A stretch of 64,000 bases of DNA from Dehalococcoidia bacterium (lineage in GTDB: Bacteria > Chloroflexota > Dehalococcoidia > Plut-88900), in NCBI GenBank assembly GCA_965197645.1, contig OZ240219.1, forward strand, positions 2,336,001 to 2,400,000. The letters run 5' to 3'. The notes beneath the pieces are model-generated. The model did not search any database and was not told the DNA's origin. It was given only the letters and a program-made list of their open reading frames with translations. Both the position numbers and the translations under genes were made by a program. Positions 28,637 to 38,629 of this stretch are shown here, in pieces. Within the stretch, counting starts at the first letter, position 1; every line of letters begins with the position of its first letter.

Positions 28637-29908
28637 CTATTCGGGGGCGAAGCGATAGACGATGGGTAGCTCCGCAATGTCTGTGACGCTGGAATCGGTA
28701 TGGTGGGATATGTGAATGCGACCGGTGCCGCAGTCGCCGAATTCGTCGCAGGAAATGGTCCCGATGACCCCCTCGAAATCGATAGTGCCGGCCACCGCTT
28801 CTCGGAGCTTGGATCGGTCGATGTACAGCGTATCTCCTATTTCAACGGCGACCTGATCGATGGCCCGAAGCAGAACGGTGGCTGCGTCGTAGGCGTGGGC
28901 CAGGTAGGCGGACGTTGGGGCCTCGCCGTAACGCTCCCGATATTCGGAGACGAGGGCTTCTCCGCTCTTGCCGGTCGCCTCGTTGGTATTGTCCGCGAAA
29001 CTGGACTCCGGGCCCGGGAAGTAGATGCCCTCAGATTCGGGGATGGCCAGGAAATCGGAGACAAGAAGGGCGGCGCCCCCGATTAGCGTCACCTCCTCGA
29101 GTACTGGGACCTGGCCGATCTGCCGGACGATGGCGGCGCCTTCTCCCGGGAAGAGAGGGAAGAAAAGACCGTCCGGGCTCTCCTCCGCGATCCGGGTGAG
29201 GACGGGAACCATGTCCGTATCGCCTCTGCTGACCGCGTCGGTGTACGTCGAGCCGCCCAGCTCCTCGAACGCAGCGGCGAATGCGCCGGTTAGACCGGTC
29301 GTGTACGGGTCGCCGTCATGGATGGTGGCTATCTTGCGCAGTTCGAGATTGTTGTAGGTGAACTGGGCGACGGCCTGCGCCCCGTAGAGATCGTTGTTGG
29401 AGGTGCGGTAGTAGCCGGAGTGATGGTTGGAACCGGCTTCGCCCTGAAGATCGGAGGTCAGCGATGGGGCCGTATTGGAAGGAGCGACCATCACTAGGCC
29501 TGCCTCACTGAGGAGGGGCGAGGCGGCCATGGCTGCGACGGAGCAGGACGTGCCTATGACGCCAACGACTTGGGGGTCTCCGAGGACCGTTTTGGCGGCG
29601 GCCCGGCCTCCTTCCTCGGTGCAGAGCGAGTCGAGACCAGCGCCCATGGAGACCTCGCGTCCTTTGATGCGGCCGTAGTCCGCCACCGCCATCGCAACCC
29701 CACGCTGGTTCGGAGCGCCCAGGTCGCCGACTCCGGTGAGGACCTGCATCGAACGTATCTGTATCGCCTGCCCGGGGGATACTTCCACCGCTCCCAGCGG
29801 GCCGGCTTCGAAGTCTTCTCCGCCGCAGGCGAAGGCCACCAGCGCAATAGCGAGGAGCAACCCAAGGCTGGGCAGTGTTCTGCACAGGGGTAGGGATGCT
29901 ATCGACAT
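28637..29908 (-). CDS. Second LivJ/K-type substrate-binding lipoprotein
   Basis: Lipobox VAFAC, GVIGTSCS, YYRTSNND, HAYDA and DEFGDCG. Start set at MSIAS (uncertain). Confidence 0.85.
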   Translation of the reverse strand: MSIASLPLCRTLPSLGLLLAIALVAFACGGEDFEAGPLGAVEVSPGQAIQIRSMQVLTGVGDLGAPNQRGVAMAVADYGRIKGREVSMGAGLDSLCTEEGGRAAAKTVLGDPQVVGVIGTSCSVAAMAASPLLSEAGLVMVAPSNTAPSLTSDLQGEAGSNHHSGYYRTSNNDLYGAQAVAQFTYNNLELRKIATIHDGDPYTTGLTGAFAAAFEELGGSTYTDAVSRGDTDMVPVLTRIAEESPDGLFFPLFPGEGAAIVRQIGQVPVLEEVTLIGGAALLVSDFLAIPESEGIYFPGPESSFADNTNEATGKSGEALVSEYRERYGEAPTSAYLAHAYDAATVLLRAIDQVAVEIGDTLYIDRSKLREAVAGTIDFEGVIGTISCDEFGDCGTGRIHISHHTDSSVTDIAELPIVYRFAPE

Positions 29909-30123
29909 AGTGGTCTTGCTCTCCAACCTAACCCGGGATCGTGGTGGTCCCGACTGTTGCAATAGGGCCTGTTCTGTTCGGTTGCTCCGCTCAACCAACC
30001 TGGACTCCGGCTTGATAGTCGTGGGTTTGCCCAGTCAGTGAGCCCGGCGGATTATATCACGAGCTTTTCGATAGCAAGTCTTATTTGCATGCCGCCGGCC
30101 CTCACACGTGGATGACCTTCACC

Positions 30124-30152
30124 TTGCCTCACGAACGCCTGTTCGGTAGTAT
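30124..30152 (+). promoter_or_regulatory. sigma70-type promoter with a LexA (SOS) box in the spacer
   Basis: TTGCCT-N17-TAGTAT; the spacer contains CGAAC-GCCT-GTTCG (30132-30145), matching the GAAC-N4-GTTC LexA site. Confidence 0.7.
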
Positions 30153-30240
30153 GGGGGTAAGGCAATAAGAGGCCCAAGCGATAGGATGTGGTGGTGGGGA
30201 GTTGGAATGAGTCACTCAGTTCGATCAAGGTCTTGAGGCA

Positions 30241-31311
30241 ATGAGTACATTGCAGGAAATGTTCGAGTCATATCTATTTGATGTGCTGGCAGATAAAGAT
30301 GCTAGTTGGAGTTCAGATGATCTGAAAACGAAGGTGACTGATATGGTTCCTGGCGTAGTGGAGTCACTTTCCGCGCCAATACTTGCAAGGATTAAGAAAA
30401 ACTATCCTGCTACTGCAGAGGAACAATGGCGAAATCGTCAAGAATTTGAGGAGAGACTTTGGTCCTATTGGCAGGAACCTCTTGTCCTCCTCGACTTATT
30501 TATCTCGGTGGCAACAGAGGCTGGAGACGTTTGTACCAGTGACCTTAGAAAGAACGGTGAGATTCCCAGCGCCAATTTGGTTGATGCAATAACTAGGCTG
30601 CACGCTAGAGCATGCCAGCTCTCTTCCGCGATCTTCCTCCTCTTGCGATCCGGATTTGCAGACGACGCGTATGCCCGATGGCGTTCCCTGCACGAGATTG
30701 CGGTCGTAGGGAGTTTTATTGGAGAGCATGGCGAGAAATTAGCTGAAAGATATCTTCTCCACGATATAGTCCAACGGTATAAACTTGCCTCTACACACCG
30801 TGACCACGCCGACCTGCTAAATGAAGATCTGATATCTCAAACGGAGTTCGAGAACCTCAAGTCAATGCGCGGTGAACTCATACATCGTTTTGGCAGTGCA
30901 TTTAGTGAAGACTATGGTTGGGCCGAGTGCGTGCTCGAAACAAAGCACCCCACCTTGAAGGACATCGAGTGCTCCGTTGGACTCGAACATTGGAGACCCT
31001 TCTATAGAATGGCGAGCGACAATGTTCATGCTAATGCACACGCAATTTACTCTCAGCTAGGGGTAAATCAAACGCCTCAAGACATACTCCTGGCAGGCCC
31101 TAGTAATATGGGCCTGGTCGACCCCGGACATTCCACAGCAATTTCACTTATGCAGATTACAGTAGCCTTACTCACGATTGAGCCAAGCCTCGATCACCTG
31201 GTCTACTCCTCAATACTGGAAAAGCTACAAGCAGAGATCGGCAAATCGTTTCTTGAAGTTCACAATAAGCTGGAAAGCTTAGCTGAAAGTGAGAATGATG
31301 GGACGGCATAA
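30241..31311 (+). CDS. DUF5677-like protein (possible HEPN-fold)
   Basis: Motifs LHARACQ..AI..LLRSGFADDAYARWRSLHE, YGWA and YRMASDNVHAN; visibly AT-richer than its flanks. Confidence 0.7.
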   Translation: MSTLQEMFESYLFDVLADKDASWSSDDLKTKVTDMVPGVVESLSAPILARIKKNYPATAEEQWRNRQEFEERLWSYWQEPLVLLDLFISVATEAGDVCTSDLRKNGEIPSANLVDAITRLHARACQLSSAIFLLLRSGFADDAYARWRSLHEIAVVGSFIGEHGEKLAERYLLHDIVQRYKLASTHRDHADLLNEDLISQTEFENLKSMRGELIHRFGSAFSEDYGWAECVLETKHPTLKDIECSVGLEHWRPFYRMASDNVHANAHAIYSQLGVNQTPQDILLAGPSNMGLVDPGHSTAISLMQITVALLTIEPSLDHLVYSSILEKLQAEIGKSFLEVHNKLESLAESENDGTA

Positions 31312-31381
31312 CCTCCCTCACCAAAGCCGCGTTTGACTAGCCGCACGGGTTGGCTTACCTCACTGCACATAATGTCCTCAC

Positions 31382-31846
31382 ATGAAAAAGACCATCTACC
31401 TCGCTAATCCTTACGGGTTCTCCGCCCAACAGAAGACGGTGCTCCTGCCGCAGCTGGTGGCGGCCCTCGAACAGCTTGGGCTAGAGGTCTGGGAGCCGTT
31501 CCAGCGGAACAATCAGACGGACCGCCTGGAGCCTGGGTGGGCGTATCGCATCGGGCAGAAGGACTTCAGCGACGTGGTGGAGTCGGATGCCATCTTCGCC
31601 GTGGTCAATGGAGTTCCTCCCGACGAGGGAGTGATGGTGGAGCTGGGCATGGCCATCGCTCTGAAGAAGCCCACCTTCCTGTTTCGAGACGATTTCCGCC
31701 GCGTGACCGACAGCGAGGAGTATCCCCTCAACCTGATGCTCTTCACCGGCATGCCGGAGCAGGACTGGCAGGACCACTACTACACCTCGGTGGAGGAGAT
31801 AACCTCGCCGGGGAAGGCGCTGGCTCGATGGGCCAGACAACTGTAG
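31382..31846 (+). CDS. Nucleoside 2-deoxyribosyltransferase / nucleotide N-glycosidase family protein
   Basis: Motifs IYLANPYGF, WEPF, DAIFAVVNG.PPDEGVMVELGMA.ALKKP and NLML. Confidence 0.88.
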   Translation: MKKTIYLANPYGFSAQQKTVLLPQLVAALEQLGLEVWEPFQRNNQTDRLEPGWAYRIGQKDFSDVVESDAIFAVVNGVPPDEGVMVELGMAIALKKPTFLFRDDFRRVTDSEEYPLNLMLFTGMPEQDWQDHYYTSVEEITSPGKALARWARQL

Positions 31847-32066
31847 AGCAGATGCTTTCAGACCCTGACTCCACCATCGTCGACATCCAACCCAGGAGTC
31901 CGCCGGTCCCGGCTTGTCCGTGGGATATGCGCCCCGAGACTCGATGAAGCTGTTGGTGGGGTTATGGGAAACCGGAGCGGGGAGCGGATTGTAGACAGGG
32001 CGCAATGCCAATTATACTTGCCACGGTCTTCTGCACGCTCATCCAACCACAGGTGGGAGGAACAAT

Positions 32067-32480
32067 ATGAGCATTGTCAAACGTCTGGCTGGGGTTTACC
32101 TGCTCTTGCTAGCGGCGGCGGTGGCCGTGCATTTTCTGGTCACCCAGTTTTACGATCCGTTGTATGAGGATACCGCGTTCACAGTGTGGCGGATACTCGA
32201 CCCGTTTATGGTGGCCGGTGTTGCGATGGCGCTGATCGCCGCGTGCTGCAGAAAGCGCCAGTTGGCAGCCGGAGGGAGGGACCAACCGGTTACCCGAGAG
32301 TACCTCTCGGCCAACGTGGCATTCTACTTCTCGGCGGCGCTGCTGATTGCACTGCTCTACAACTGGTTCGGCGTGGAGTTCGCTGAACCCCAAAACGACG
32401 TCGGCCTGGTATGGTATGCGATCGACACGACCCTTCCCGTCCTGACGGCCGCCACCGGCCTCCGGCTCCTGCGCGAGTAG
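32067..32480 (+). CDS. Hypothetical membrane protein (about 4 TM helices)
   Basis: RBS GGAGG and four hydrophobic segments. Confidence 0.7.
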   Translation: MSIVKRLAGVYLLLLAAAVAVHFLVTQFYDPLYEDTAFTVWRILDPFMVAGVAMALIAACCRKRQLAAGGRDQPVTREYLSANVAFYFSAALLIALLYNWFGVEFAEPQNDVGLVWYAIDTTLPVLTAATGLRLLRE

Positions 32481-32543
32481 TAGAACCAAGGCCCGCCGAG
32501 ATTAGGGAGTTCGGTATCGGAGTAACCGGCTGAGCCGGGCGCC

Positions 32544-33221
32544 CTACGGGGACGCGGCGGTCAGACGCTCTCCCAGTCTTTCCAGGAGACTCCTGGGGTT
32601 TGCCTCGAAGACACCGTCGAGCGCCGGGCGACTCAACCCGGCCCCAAGGGCAACCTTCTCCCGGAGCTCCGGGGTGAGCAGGTCTTCGGGTTGGTGAGTG
32701 TCCGAGTCGAGGACCATCAACGCCCCCGATTGCTCCGCCATCCGTACCACGTGCCCGTTGGCCAGGCTGTGACCCTTTCGGGCGGAGATCTCCAAGAATA
32801 CGCTCTTTTCCGCCGCCATTCGAGCGTCCTCCAGGCTTACCAGGCCCGGGTGGGCCAGAACGTCCACCCACGGAGAGCTTACAGCTGCCTGGTTGGTGCC
32901 CGGCTCTACCGGTTCAACGGGGGTCTCGCCGTGAACGATGACGATTCTAGCTCCCAACTCCTTCGCCGCTTTCGCCACCATATCGATGTCCTCTTTGGGC
33001 ACGTGGGTGATCTCCACCCCGGGTATGGCCAGTATGTCCCATCGAGCGGTCGCCGCAGCACAGTCCGTAACCAGCACTTTCAGAACCAACTCCAAGTTAC
33101 CCGGCCCGACGTGGTCCGTTACTGCCATGGCTCTGTACCCGCGGACGCAGGCCCGGCGGACTAGCTCCACGGGCGAAAGCTCCCCATCGCTGAGGAAGGT
33201 GTGGGTGTGAAAGTCGTACAA
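32544..33221 (-). CDS. PHP-domain phosphoesterase (histidinol-phosphatase-like)
   Basis: Motifs YDFHTHT, AVTDH, GVEITH, VHGET, LAHPG and DSDTH. TTG start at 33221 follows GAGG. Confidence 0.85.
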   Translation of the reverse strand: MYDFHTHTFLSDGELSPVELVRRACVRGYRAMAVTDHVGPGNLELVLKVLVTDCAAATARWDILAIPGVEITHVPKEDIDMVAKAAKELGARIVIVHGETPVEPVEPGTNQAAVSSPWVDVLAHPGLVSLEDARMAAEKSVFLEISARKGHSLANGHVVRMAEQSGALMVLDSDTHQPEDLLTPELREKVALGAGLSRPALDGVFEANPRSLLERLGERLTAASP

Positions 33222-33511
33222 TCTTACGGACCTCGAGGTGTATGGATGGGTCGAATCGCCCAAGACGCCCAGATATCGATACCCGGCCCAGGGCCAGCGC
33301 GCAGTCTAAGGTATGCACTCCCTGCGGTCAACGTCTGCATACCCGTCTGGTGCTCCGCTTTCCGGTCACCTCCGGGGACGCTATAATCGTTGACGATCCC
33401 CGGCTGGAAAGTGCCGCAAGGTGTCTTGACGACCGTACTCGGCCGGAGACCAGGTGCAGACATTACGGGTCCGAGGGTTTCGGGATAACGAGGCGAAGGA
33501 GGATCGGCCGG

Positions 33512-34432
33512 ATGAATATAATGGACCGCTTCAGCACCGTGACCTTTACGCTGGACCCATCCCTGGACGATGTCATAGCGGCCACCCAGCATGCCGAAAA
33601 GCTGGGCTTCTACTCCATAAACATCCCGATGACGAATGGCGCCAGCGGCCTGGACATGTTCGTCGTCCTTCCTGCCCTGGTGCAGGCTACCAGTAGAATA
33701 CGCATCGCTGTGGACGCCGTCCCTGCCTACCAAGTCTCCCCCTTCAACCTAGCCAAGTACTTCGCCAGCCTGGACGTCATCTCCGGCGGCAGGGTCATCC
33801 TGGGAATCTGCCTCGGCTACGAGCAGGAAGCCTTTGATATCGTAGGGGCCCAGCAGAAGTACCGGGGCCGGATGGCCGATGAGCAGCTGGAGGCTATAAC
33901 TCGCCTCTGGACTGAAGACAACGTCGATTTCCAGGGCAAGGTGTTCAGCTTCAAGAACGCCACCGTCGATCCCAAGCCTATCCAGAATCCCTTGCCCATC
34001 TGGCTTGGAGGCCGTACCAAATCGATCCCCCGCGCCTCCCGCTACTGCGAGTATCTCAATACCCTATGGCCCACGCCCGACGAAGTGCGCAACGAGTACA
34101 TTCCTCAGCTGGACGCTGAAAACAGGAAATGGAGAACCAATGCCAAGCTCAGCACCTGGCTGTTTACCAAGATATCCGATAAAGAGATGTCCGATGACGA
34201 CACCAACGAGTGGTTCAAAGGCATTATCAACGGAGAGGTAACGGTAACCGCATCCGAAGTATCGGTTGCCGGCACCCCGCAGCAATGCGCCGCCAGGTTC
34301 AAGGAGTACATGGACGCCGGCATAGACCGGTTTGTGTTGGACCAGCGACGCCACTCCGTCGACTCCGTGGACGTCTTTTACGAACAGACCACCCTTTTCG
34401 CCGAGAAAGTAGCGCCATTACTGGAATCGTAG
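33512..34432 (+). CDS. LLM-class flavin/F420-dependent oxidoreductase
   Basis: Motifs ATSRIRI, ASLDVISGGRVILG and PKPIQNPLPIWLGG. ATG 33512 follows AAGGAGG. Confidence 0.88.
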   Translation: MNIMDRFSTVTFTLDPSLDDVIAATQHAEKLGFYSINIPMTNGASGLDMFVVLPALVQATSRIRIAVDAVPAYQVSPFNLAKYFASLDVISGGRVILGICLGYEQEAFDIVGAQQKYRGRMADEQLEAITRLWTEDNVDFQGKVFSFKNATVDPKPIQNPLPIWLGGRTKSIPRASRYCEYLNTLWPTPDEVRNEYIPQLDAENRKWRTNAKLSTWLFTKISDKEMSDDDTNEWFKGIINGEVTVTASEVSVAGTPQQCAARFKEYMDAGIDRFVLDQRRHSVDSVDVFYEQTTLFAEKVAPLLES

Positions 34433-34471
34433 GCGAGTAGTACAAAGCAAGCACGATCGAGGAGGCTTATC

Positions 34472-34858
34472 ATGCAGGACCCCGCAGAGCTGAAAGCGAA
34501 CATAGCGCTGGCCCACAGGCTTCACTGGGATATCATCTCGAAGAACGATCACGATCTGGCCAGGGAGATCGTCCACGAAGAGTTTGTGGTCCATGGGCCG
34601 GGCGCCGACCTGGAGAACGATCCCCGCGGCCCGGACGGAGCGATCAAAATGGCAGTGGACGATAACGAAGGAGACCCTGCCGGGGTAACCCGCGGCCTCG
34701 TCTTCGACCACTACGACGCCTTCGCCGCGGGCGACAAAGTCGCATTCCGGTGGTGCCTGCGGACCGAAGGCGGAGAAGACTTCTGGGGAATCGATATCAT
34801 ACGGATCAAGGAGGGGAAGATCGCCGAGGCATGGCTGGCCTACCCGGGCGGCCCGTAG
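34472..34858 (+). CDS. SnoaL/NTF2-like (ester cyclase family) protein
   Basis: Motifs AAGDKVAFRW and GIDIIRIKEGKIAEAW; RBS GAGGAGG. Confidence 0.8.
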   Translation: MQDPAELKANIALAHRLHWDIISKNDHDLAREIVHEEFVVHGPGADLENDPRGPDGAIKMAVDDNEGDPAGVTRGLVFDHYDAFAAGDKVAFRWCLRTEGGEDFWGIDIIRIKEGKIAEAWLAYPGGP

Positions 34859-34977
34859 AAGTCGAGCTTGCTCCGGGCAACTAGACGATTTGCCATCCAA
34901 GATCGCTTGGACGTTGATAAGACCACCCTAACGTGATATCGTGACCTCGCCGTTCAATCGCAATCAGGAGGAATTCA

Positions 34978-35295
34978 ATGTACCTTATGCGCCGAGTCGC
35001 CAGGACGCAACCGGGTAAAGCCTGGGAGGTAGCCAACGTGCTCAAGAAGACCTGTGAGGCCTATGAAGCGGCCGGTAGGAACCCGGCGCAGCTCTACGTT
35101 GGCAGCGAGCTGCGCGGTGATGCCGATGTTGTCTACGTCGAGTGGACTCAGGACAACCTGAATCCGACCCAGATGTCAGAAGTCCCCGCATCCATTTTCG
35201 CAGACTTCGAGGCGATGGAGCCTAACCTAGTCTCCTACGACATCGAGTTCTACGAGCTGGTAACTCCCGAAGCCCTAGCAAACCAGGGCCTCTAA
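34978..35295 (+). CDS. Small hypothetical protein (possible dimeric alpha-beta barrel)
   Basis: RBS AGGAGG; upstream TTGATA-N17-TATCGT; sequence RTQPGKAWEV. Confidence 0.65.
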   Translation: MYLMRRVARTQPGKAWEVANVLKKTCEAYEAAGRNPAQLYVGSELRGDADVVYVEWTQDNLNPTQMSEVPASIFADFEAMEPNLVSYDIEFYELVTPEALANQGL

Positions 35296-35382
35296 CTGCT
35301 CCACTGACAAAGGATTCCCTGGGATAAGCCGGTCTCTCGGCAGCTGGCTGGAGCGACTGACCCACTCTCCGTAGAGGCGCGG

Positions 35383-36126
35383 TCAGAACGTCTCGGCGTC
35401 CTCATCGAACCACTTGCGGATGAGGTCGTTCAGCGAGCCGTCATCCTTCATGGCGGCGATGGCACGGTCCAGCTGGTTCTTGAGTTCCCCGTCGTCCTCC
35501 CGGACGCCGACCCCGATGCCGGAGTCGAGCACCACTTCAGGACCGACGACAGCCAGCCTGTCTCCATGCTCGGCGATGCGTTTACGGGCGAATTCGCGGT
35601 CGACCAGGGCGGCGTCCGCTTCGCCTGTAAGGACTGCTTCGACCAGCTCCTCGGCCAGTTCGTACTCGAGGAGTGTTGCGCCCGACTCGGCTAGGTAGCC
35701 GGCATGGATGGTGGCGGTCTGCGCGGCCACTCTGCCGTCAACCACTTCGGCGCCCGCACCGGCTAGAGCGAAATAGACCGACGGGGTGGGTGGGATGTAC
35801 GCCTGCGTGAAGTCGATGATCTGGTCCCGCTCATCAGTGATGCTCATGCCCGCCATGATGGTGTCGTAGTTGCCGTCCACGAGGTTGGGAATGATGGTGT
35901 CCCAATCGTTGGTCACCCACACGCAATCAAGCTCAGCCCTGCGGCACAGCTCGTCGCCCAGCTCCCGCTCGAAACCGTCGACCTCGCCGTCGTCGTTGAT
36001 GAAGTTGTAGGGCGGATAGGCGCCTTCCGTCCCCATGCGAACAGGGTCGGTCTCACCGCCGCATGACAGGCAGGCAACGACGAGTAGGGCGATAGCGAAT
36101 ACAGCTTTGAGAGGGGTGGTGTTCAC
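35383..36126 (-). CDS. Polar amino acid ABC substrate-binding lipoprotein (family 3), orphan
   Basis: Motifs MGTEGAYPPYNF, GFERELG and MAGMSITDER..IDFT; lipobox CLSC. Confidence 0.9.
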   Translation of the reverse strand: MNTTPLKAVFAIALLVVACLSCGGETDPVRMGTEGAYPPYNFINDDGEVDGFERELGDELCRRAELDCVWVTNDWDTIIPNLVDGNYDTIMAGMSITDERDQIIDFTQAYIPPTPSVYFALAGAGAEVVDGRVAAQTATIHAGYLAESGATLLEYELAEELVEAVLTGEADAALVDREFARKRIAEHGDRLAVVGPEVVLDSGIGVGVREDDGELKNQLDRAIAAMKDDGSLNDLIRKWFDEDAETF

Positions 36127-36292
36127 ATCAAGCTCCGCATTTCAATCCGAGGGGTTATGGACGAAAGTCCGCGCCTCACAATCGGATTAGTACGCCGACC
36201 TACCGCAGGTAACGAGCGGGACGCCGGTTCCCTCTTCGGAAAGGTGGGCCGCAAGTCCACTCCCATGCTCAGAGGCCGAGCAGGAAGCGTGT

Positions 36293-37435
36293 TCAGTTCA
36301 GCTTGAACCCGTAGAGCTTGGCGGCGTTATCGCGTACGATCTTCCGCTTCTCCTCGGCGGTCAGGTCCTTGAAGGTCTCGGCGATTATCTCCTGCGAGTG
36401 GGGGAAGGTACCTTCGTCGTGGGGGTAGTCGCTGCCCCAAAGCAGGCAGTCCACTCCCGTGAACACCCTGTTCAACAGGCCCACAGGATCGTTCCCGAAT
36501 GTGATGTGCCCCTGACGAAGGAAGTACTCGCTGGGCTTCATCTGAAGCCGGGGAACCTGCCACATGTGCCTCTCCTCGGCCAGATCGTCCAATGCGTACA
36601 GGAACCAGGCCAGCCAGCCTATGCCGCACTCCACGAGGACGAACTTCAAGTCCGGATGTCTCTCCAGCACGCCGGCAGCAATCAACTGACTGAGAGGGCT
36701 CATCGCCGCAGTCATCCCCATGGCCATGCCGCTGAGGTCCTCGCCACTCCCCTTCTCATCGCCCAGACCCCTGGGGATCTCCGCGTCATGCCCCGCCCTT
36801 TCGTCCGTGAACACATGGAAGCTGATCGGTATCCCCATCTCTTCGACAGCCGTCCAGAACGGTTCGTACTCCGGCCAGTTGTAGGGCGCCCCCTGGGTGG
36901 TTACCGGCACCGATAGGGAGCGGAATCCCATGTCGATCGCCCGGCGACTCTCCTGGATAGCGTTTTCGATGTCCGCTACGGAGATGGTGGCCGAACATAC
37001 GAACCGGTCCGGGTAGCCGGCGAATATGTCGGCGTAGTAGTCGTTCAGGACGCGAGCGGCAGCCATCTGGTAGTCGGCGTGTTGGGAAGCGTAGATGAAG
37101 AAGGTACCATTGGGGTACACCACCTCGGCGCTAACGCCGTCGGCATCCTGGTCTGCTATCCGCAGGGGTATGTCCACGCCCCCCTCGCGGGGATCGACCA
37201 GACCGAAATCCAGGCGGCCCCTTCCTTCAACTCGCTTTTCGTCCTCCGACAGCTCGTGAGGAGCATCGAGCATACCCCAGCGGGTGCCGTCTACGATCAT
37301 CCACCTCCGGCCTTCGATCACTTCGATCTTCGGGGCCCGGTGCCGCATGTCGGGCGGCAGCCGGTCGAACATGTCTGCAGGCTCGGAGGCGTGGGAGTCG
37401 GCCGAGATAATCTTGTAGCCGTTGGCAGTGGCCAT
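36293..37435 (-). CDS. Amidohydrolase family 2 protein (paralog of 62149-63279)
   Basis: Motifs ISADSH, SFHVFT, VECGIGW and WGSDYPHDEGTFPHS. Confidence 0.9.
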   Translation of the reverse strand: MATANGYKIISADSHASEPADMFDRLPPDMRHRAPKIEVIEGRRWMIVDGTRWGMLDAPHELSEDEKRVEGRGRLDFGLVDPREGGVDIPLRIADQDADGVSAEVVYPNGTFFIYASQHADYQMAAARVLNDYYADIFAGYPDRFVCSATISVADIENAIQESRRAIDMGFRSLSVPVTTQGAPYNWPEYEPFWTAVEEMGIPISFHVFTDERAGHDAEIPRGLGDEKGSGEDLSGMAMGMTAAMSPLSQLIAAGVLERHPDLKFVLVECGIGWLAWFLYALDDLAEERHMWQVPRLQMKPSEYFLRQGHITFGNDPVGLLNRVFTGVDCLLWGSDYPHDEGTFPHSQEIIAETFKDLTAEEKRKIVRDNAAKLYGFKLN

Positions 37436-37447
37436 GTGTTGACCTTT

Positions 37448-38578
37448 CTACACGCCGTAGATCCTGGCGGCGTTGCCACCGACGATTTTGGCCTTCTCGT
37501 CTTCGGTGCAATCGGCCAGTATGTCCTCGATGAAATCGTGAGACTTGGGCCAGGTACCCTCTTCATGCGGGTAGTCCGAGCCCCACATGATGTTGTCCAC
37601 ACCGATGACGTCCCGGTGCGTTATTCCCAGTTTGTCCTCCTGGAAATCGACGAAGCAGTTGCTGTGAAAAACGTCGCTGGGGCGTTTGTCGTTCTCCAGC
37701 CGGAAGCCCTGCCGTCCGGAGGTCCTCTGGTCGTAGCTGAAGTCGGCCCGCTCCAGCCAGTAGGGCACCCAGTTGAGCTCGTGTTCAGCCACCCCTACTT
37801 GAAGGTTGGGATGCCGATCGAACACCCCGCTCCAGATCATTTCCGTGAGGGATGTCCGGACCCAGAAGTCGGCGTTGTCCAGGAGGATATTGGAGGAATG
37901 GAAGGAGTCTCTCAGGTCCCGGTCCCAGCCTCTGGTGGCGCTCATGCGCGGCGTGAAGATGTGAAAGCTGAGGGGCATGGACTGGTCCTGGGCACAGGCC
38001 CATAGCGGCTCGTACTTCGGTAAGTGGTAACCTTCGTCAGCGACGTACTCCGGGATGGTGGCGCCCACCAGGCCCATCTTGGCGCACCGCTCGACCTCAG
38101 CCACTCCGTCCTCGACGTCGTCGATGTTGATCACGCCGATGGCGTTGAGCCGCCTGGTGTCTGCCTGGCAGAACTCGGCGGCGAAATCGTTGTAGACCTT
38201 GAAGATCGCATCGAGCAGCTTGCCGTCCGGGATATAGGGGTAGAGGAAGATGGTCATAGTGGGATAGATCAACGAGGTGTCTACGCCATCCACGTCCATG
38301 TCCTTGGTGGCCTCTTCGCCTATGTAGGCGCCAAGCCGGACCTTCTCCCATTCGGGAAACGCCTCCATGTGGTCTTCTTCCTCAAACCGCACCCCCGGCT
38401 GAGCGCCCATGTTGTTGTTCCCTAGTGTGAACTCGTTGTCTATGAACCACATCTCCCCCATGTCCGTATTCCTCATCACCGGTCTACGGTCATGGAACTT
38501 GGGATCGATTTTTCCTTCCCAGAGGTCCGGCGGCTCGACGATGTGACTATCCGAAGATATGACCCTGTACTCTGACAT
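37448..38578 (-). CDS. Amidohydrolase family 2 protein
   Basis: Motifs ISSDSH, SFHIF, AEHELNW and WGSDYPHEE. Confidence 0.9.
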   Translation of the reverse strand: MSEYRVISSDSHIVEPPDLWEGKIDPKFHDRRPVMRNTDMGEMWFIDNEFTLGNNNMGAQPGVRFEEEDHMEAFPEWEKVRLGAYIGEEATKDMDVDGVDTSLIYPTMTIFLYPYIPDGKLLDAIFKVYNDFAAEFCQADTRRLNAIGVINIDDVEDGVAEVERCAKMGLVGATIPEYVADEGYHLPKYEPLWACAQDQSMPLSFHIFTPRMSATRGWDRDLRDSFHSSNILLDNADFWVRTSLTEMIWSGVFDRHPNLQVGVAEHELNWVPYWLERADFSYDQRTSGRQGFRLENDKRPSDVFHSNCFVDFQEDKLGITHRDVIGVDNIMWGSDYPHEEGTWPKSHDFIEDILADCTEDEKAKIVGGNAARIYGV

Positions 38579-38629
38579 CCTTAGTTCTCCTCTTCTAGTG
38601 CTCGAATACCGTTTGTAGCACTCGGTAGC

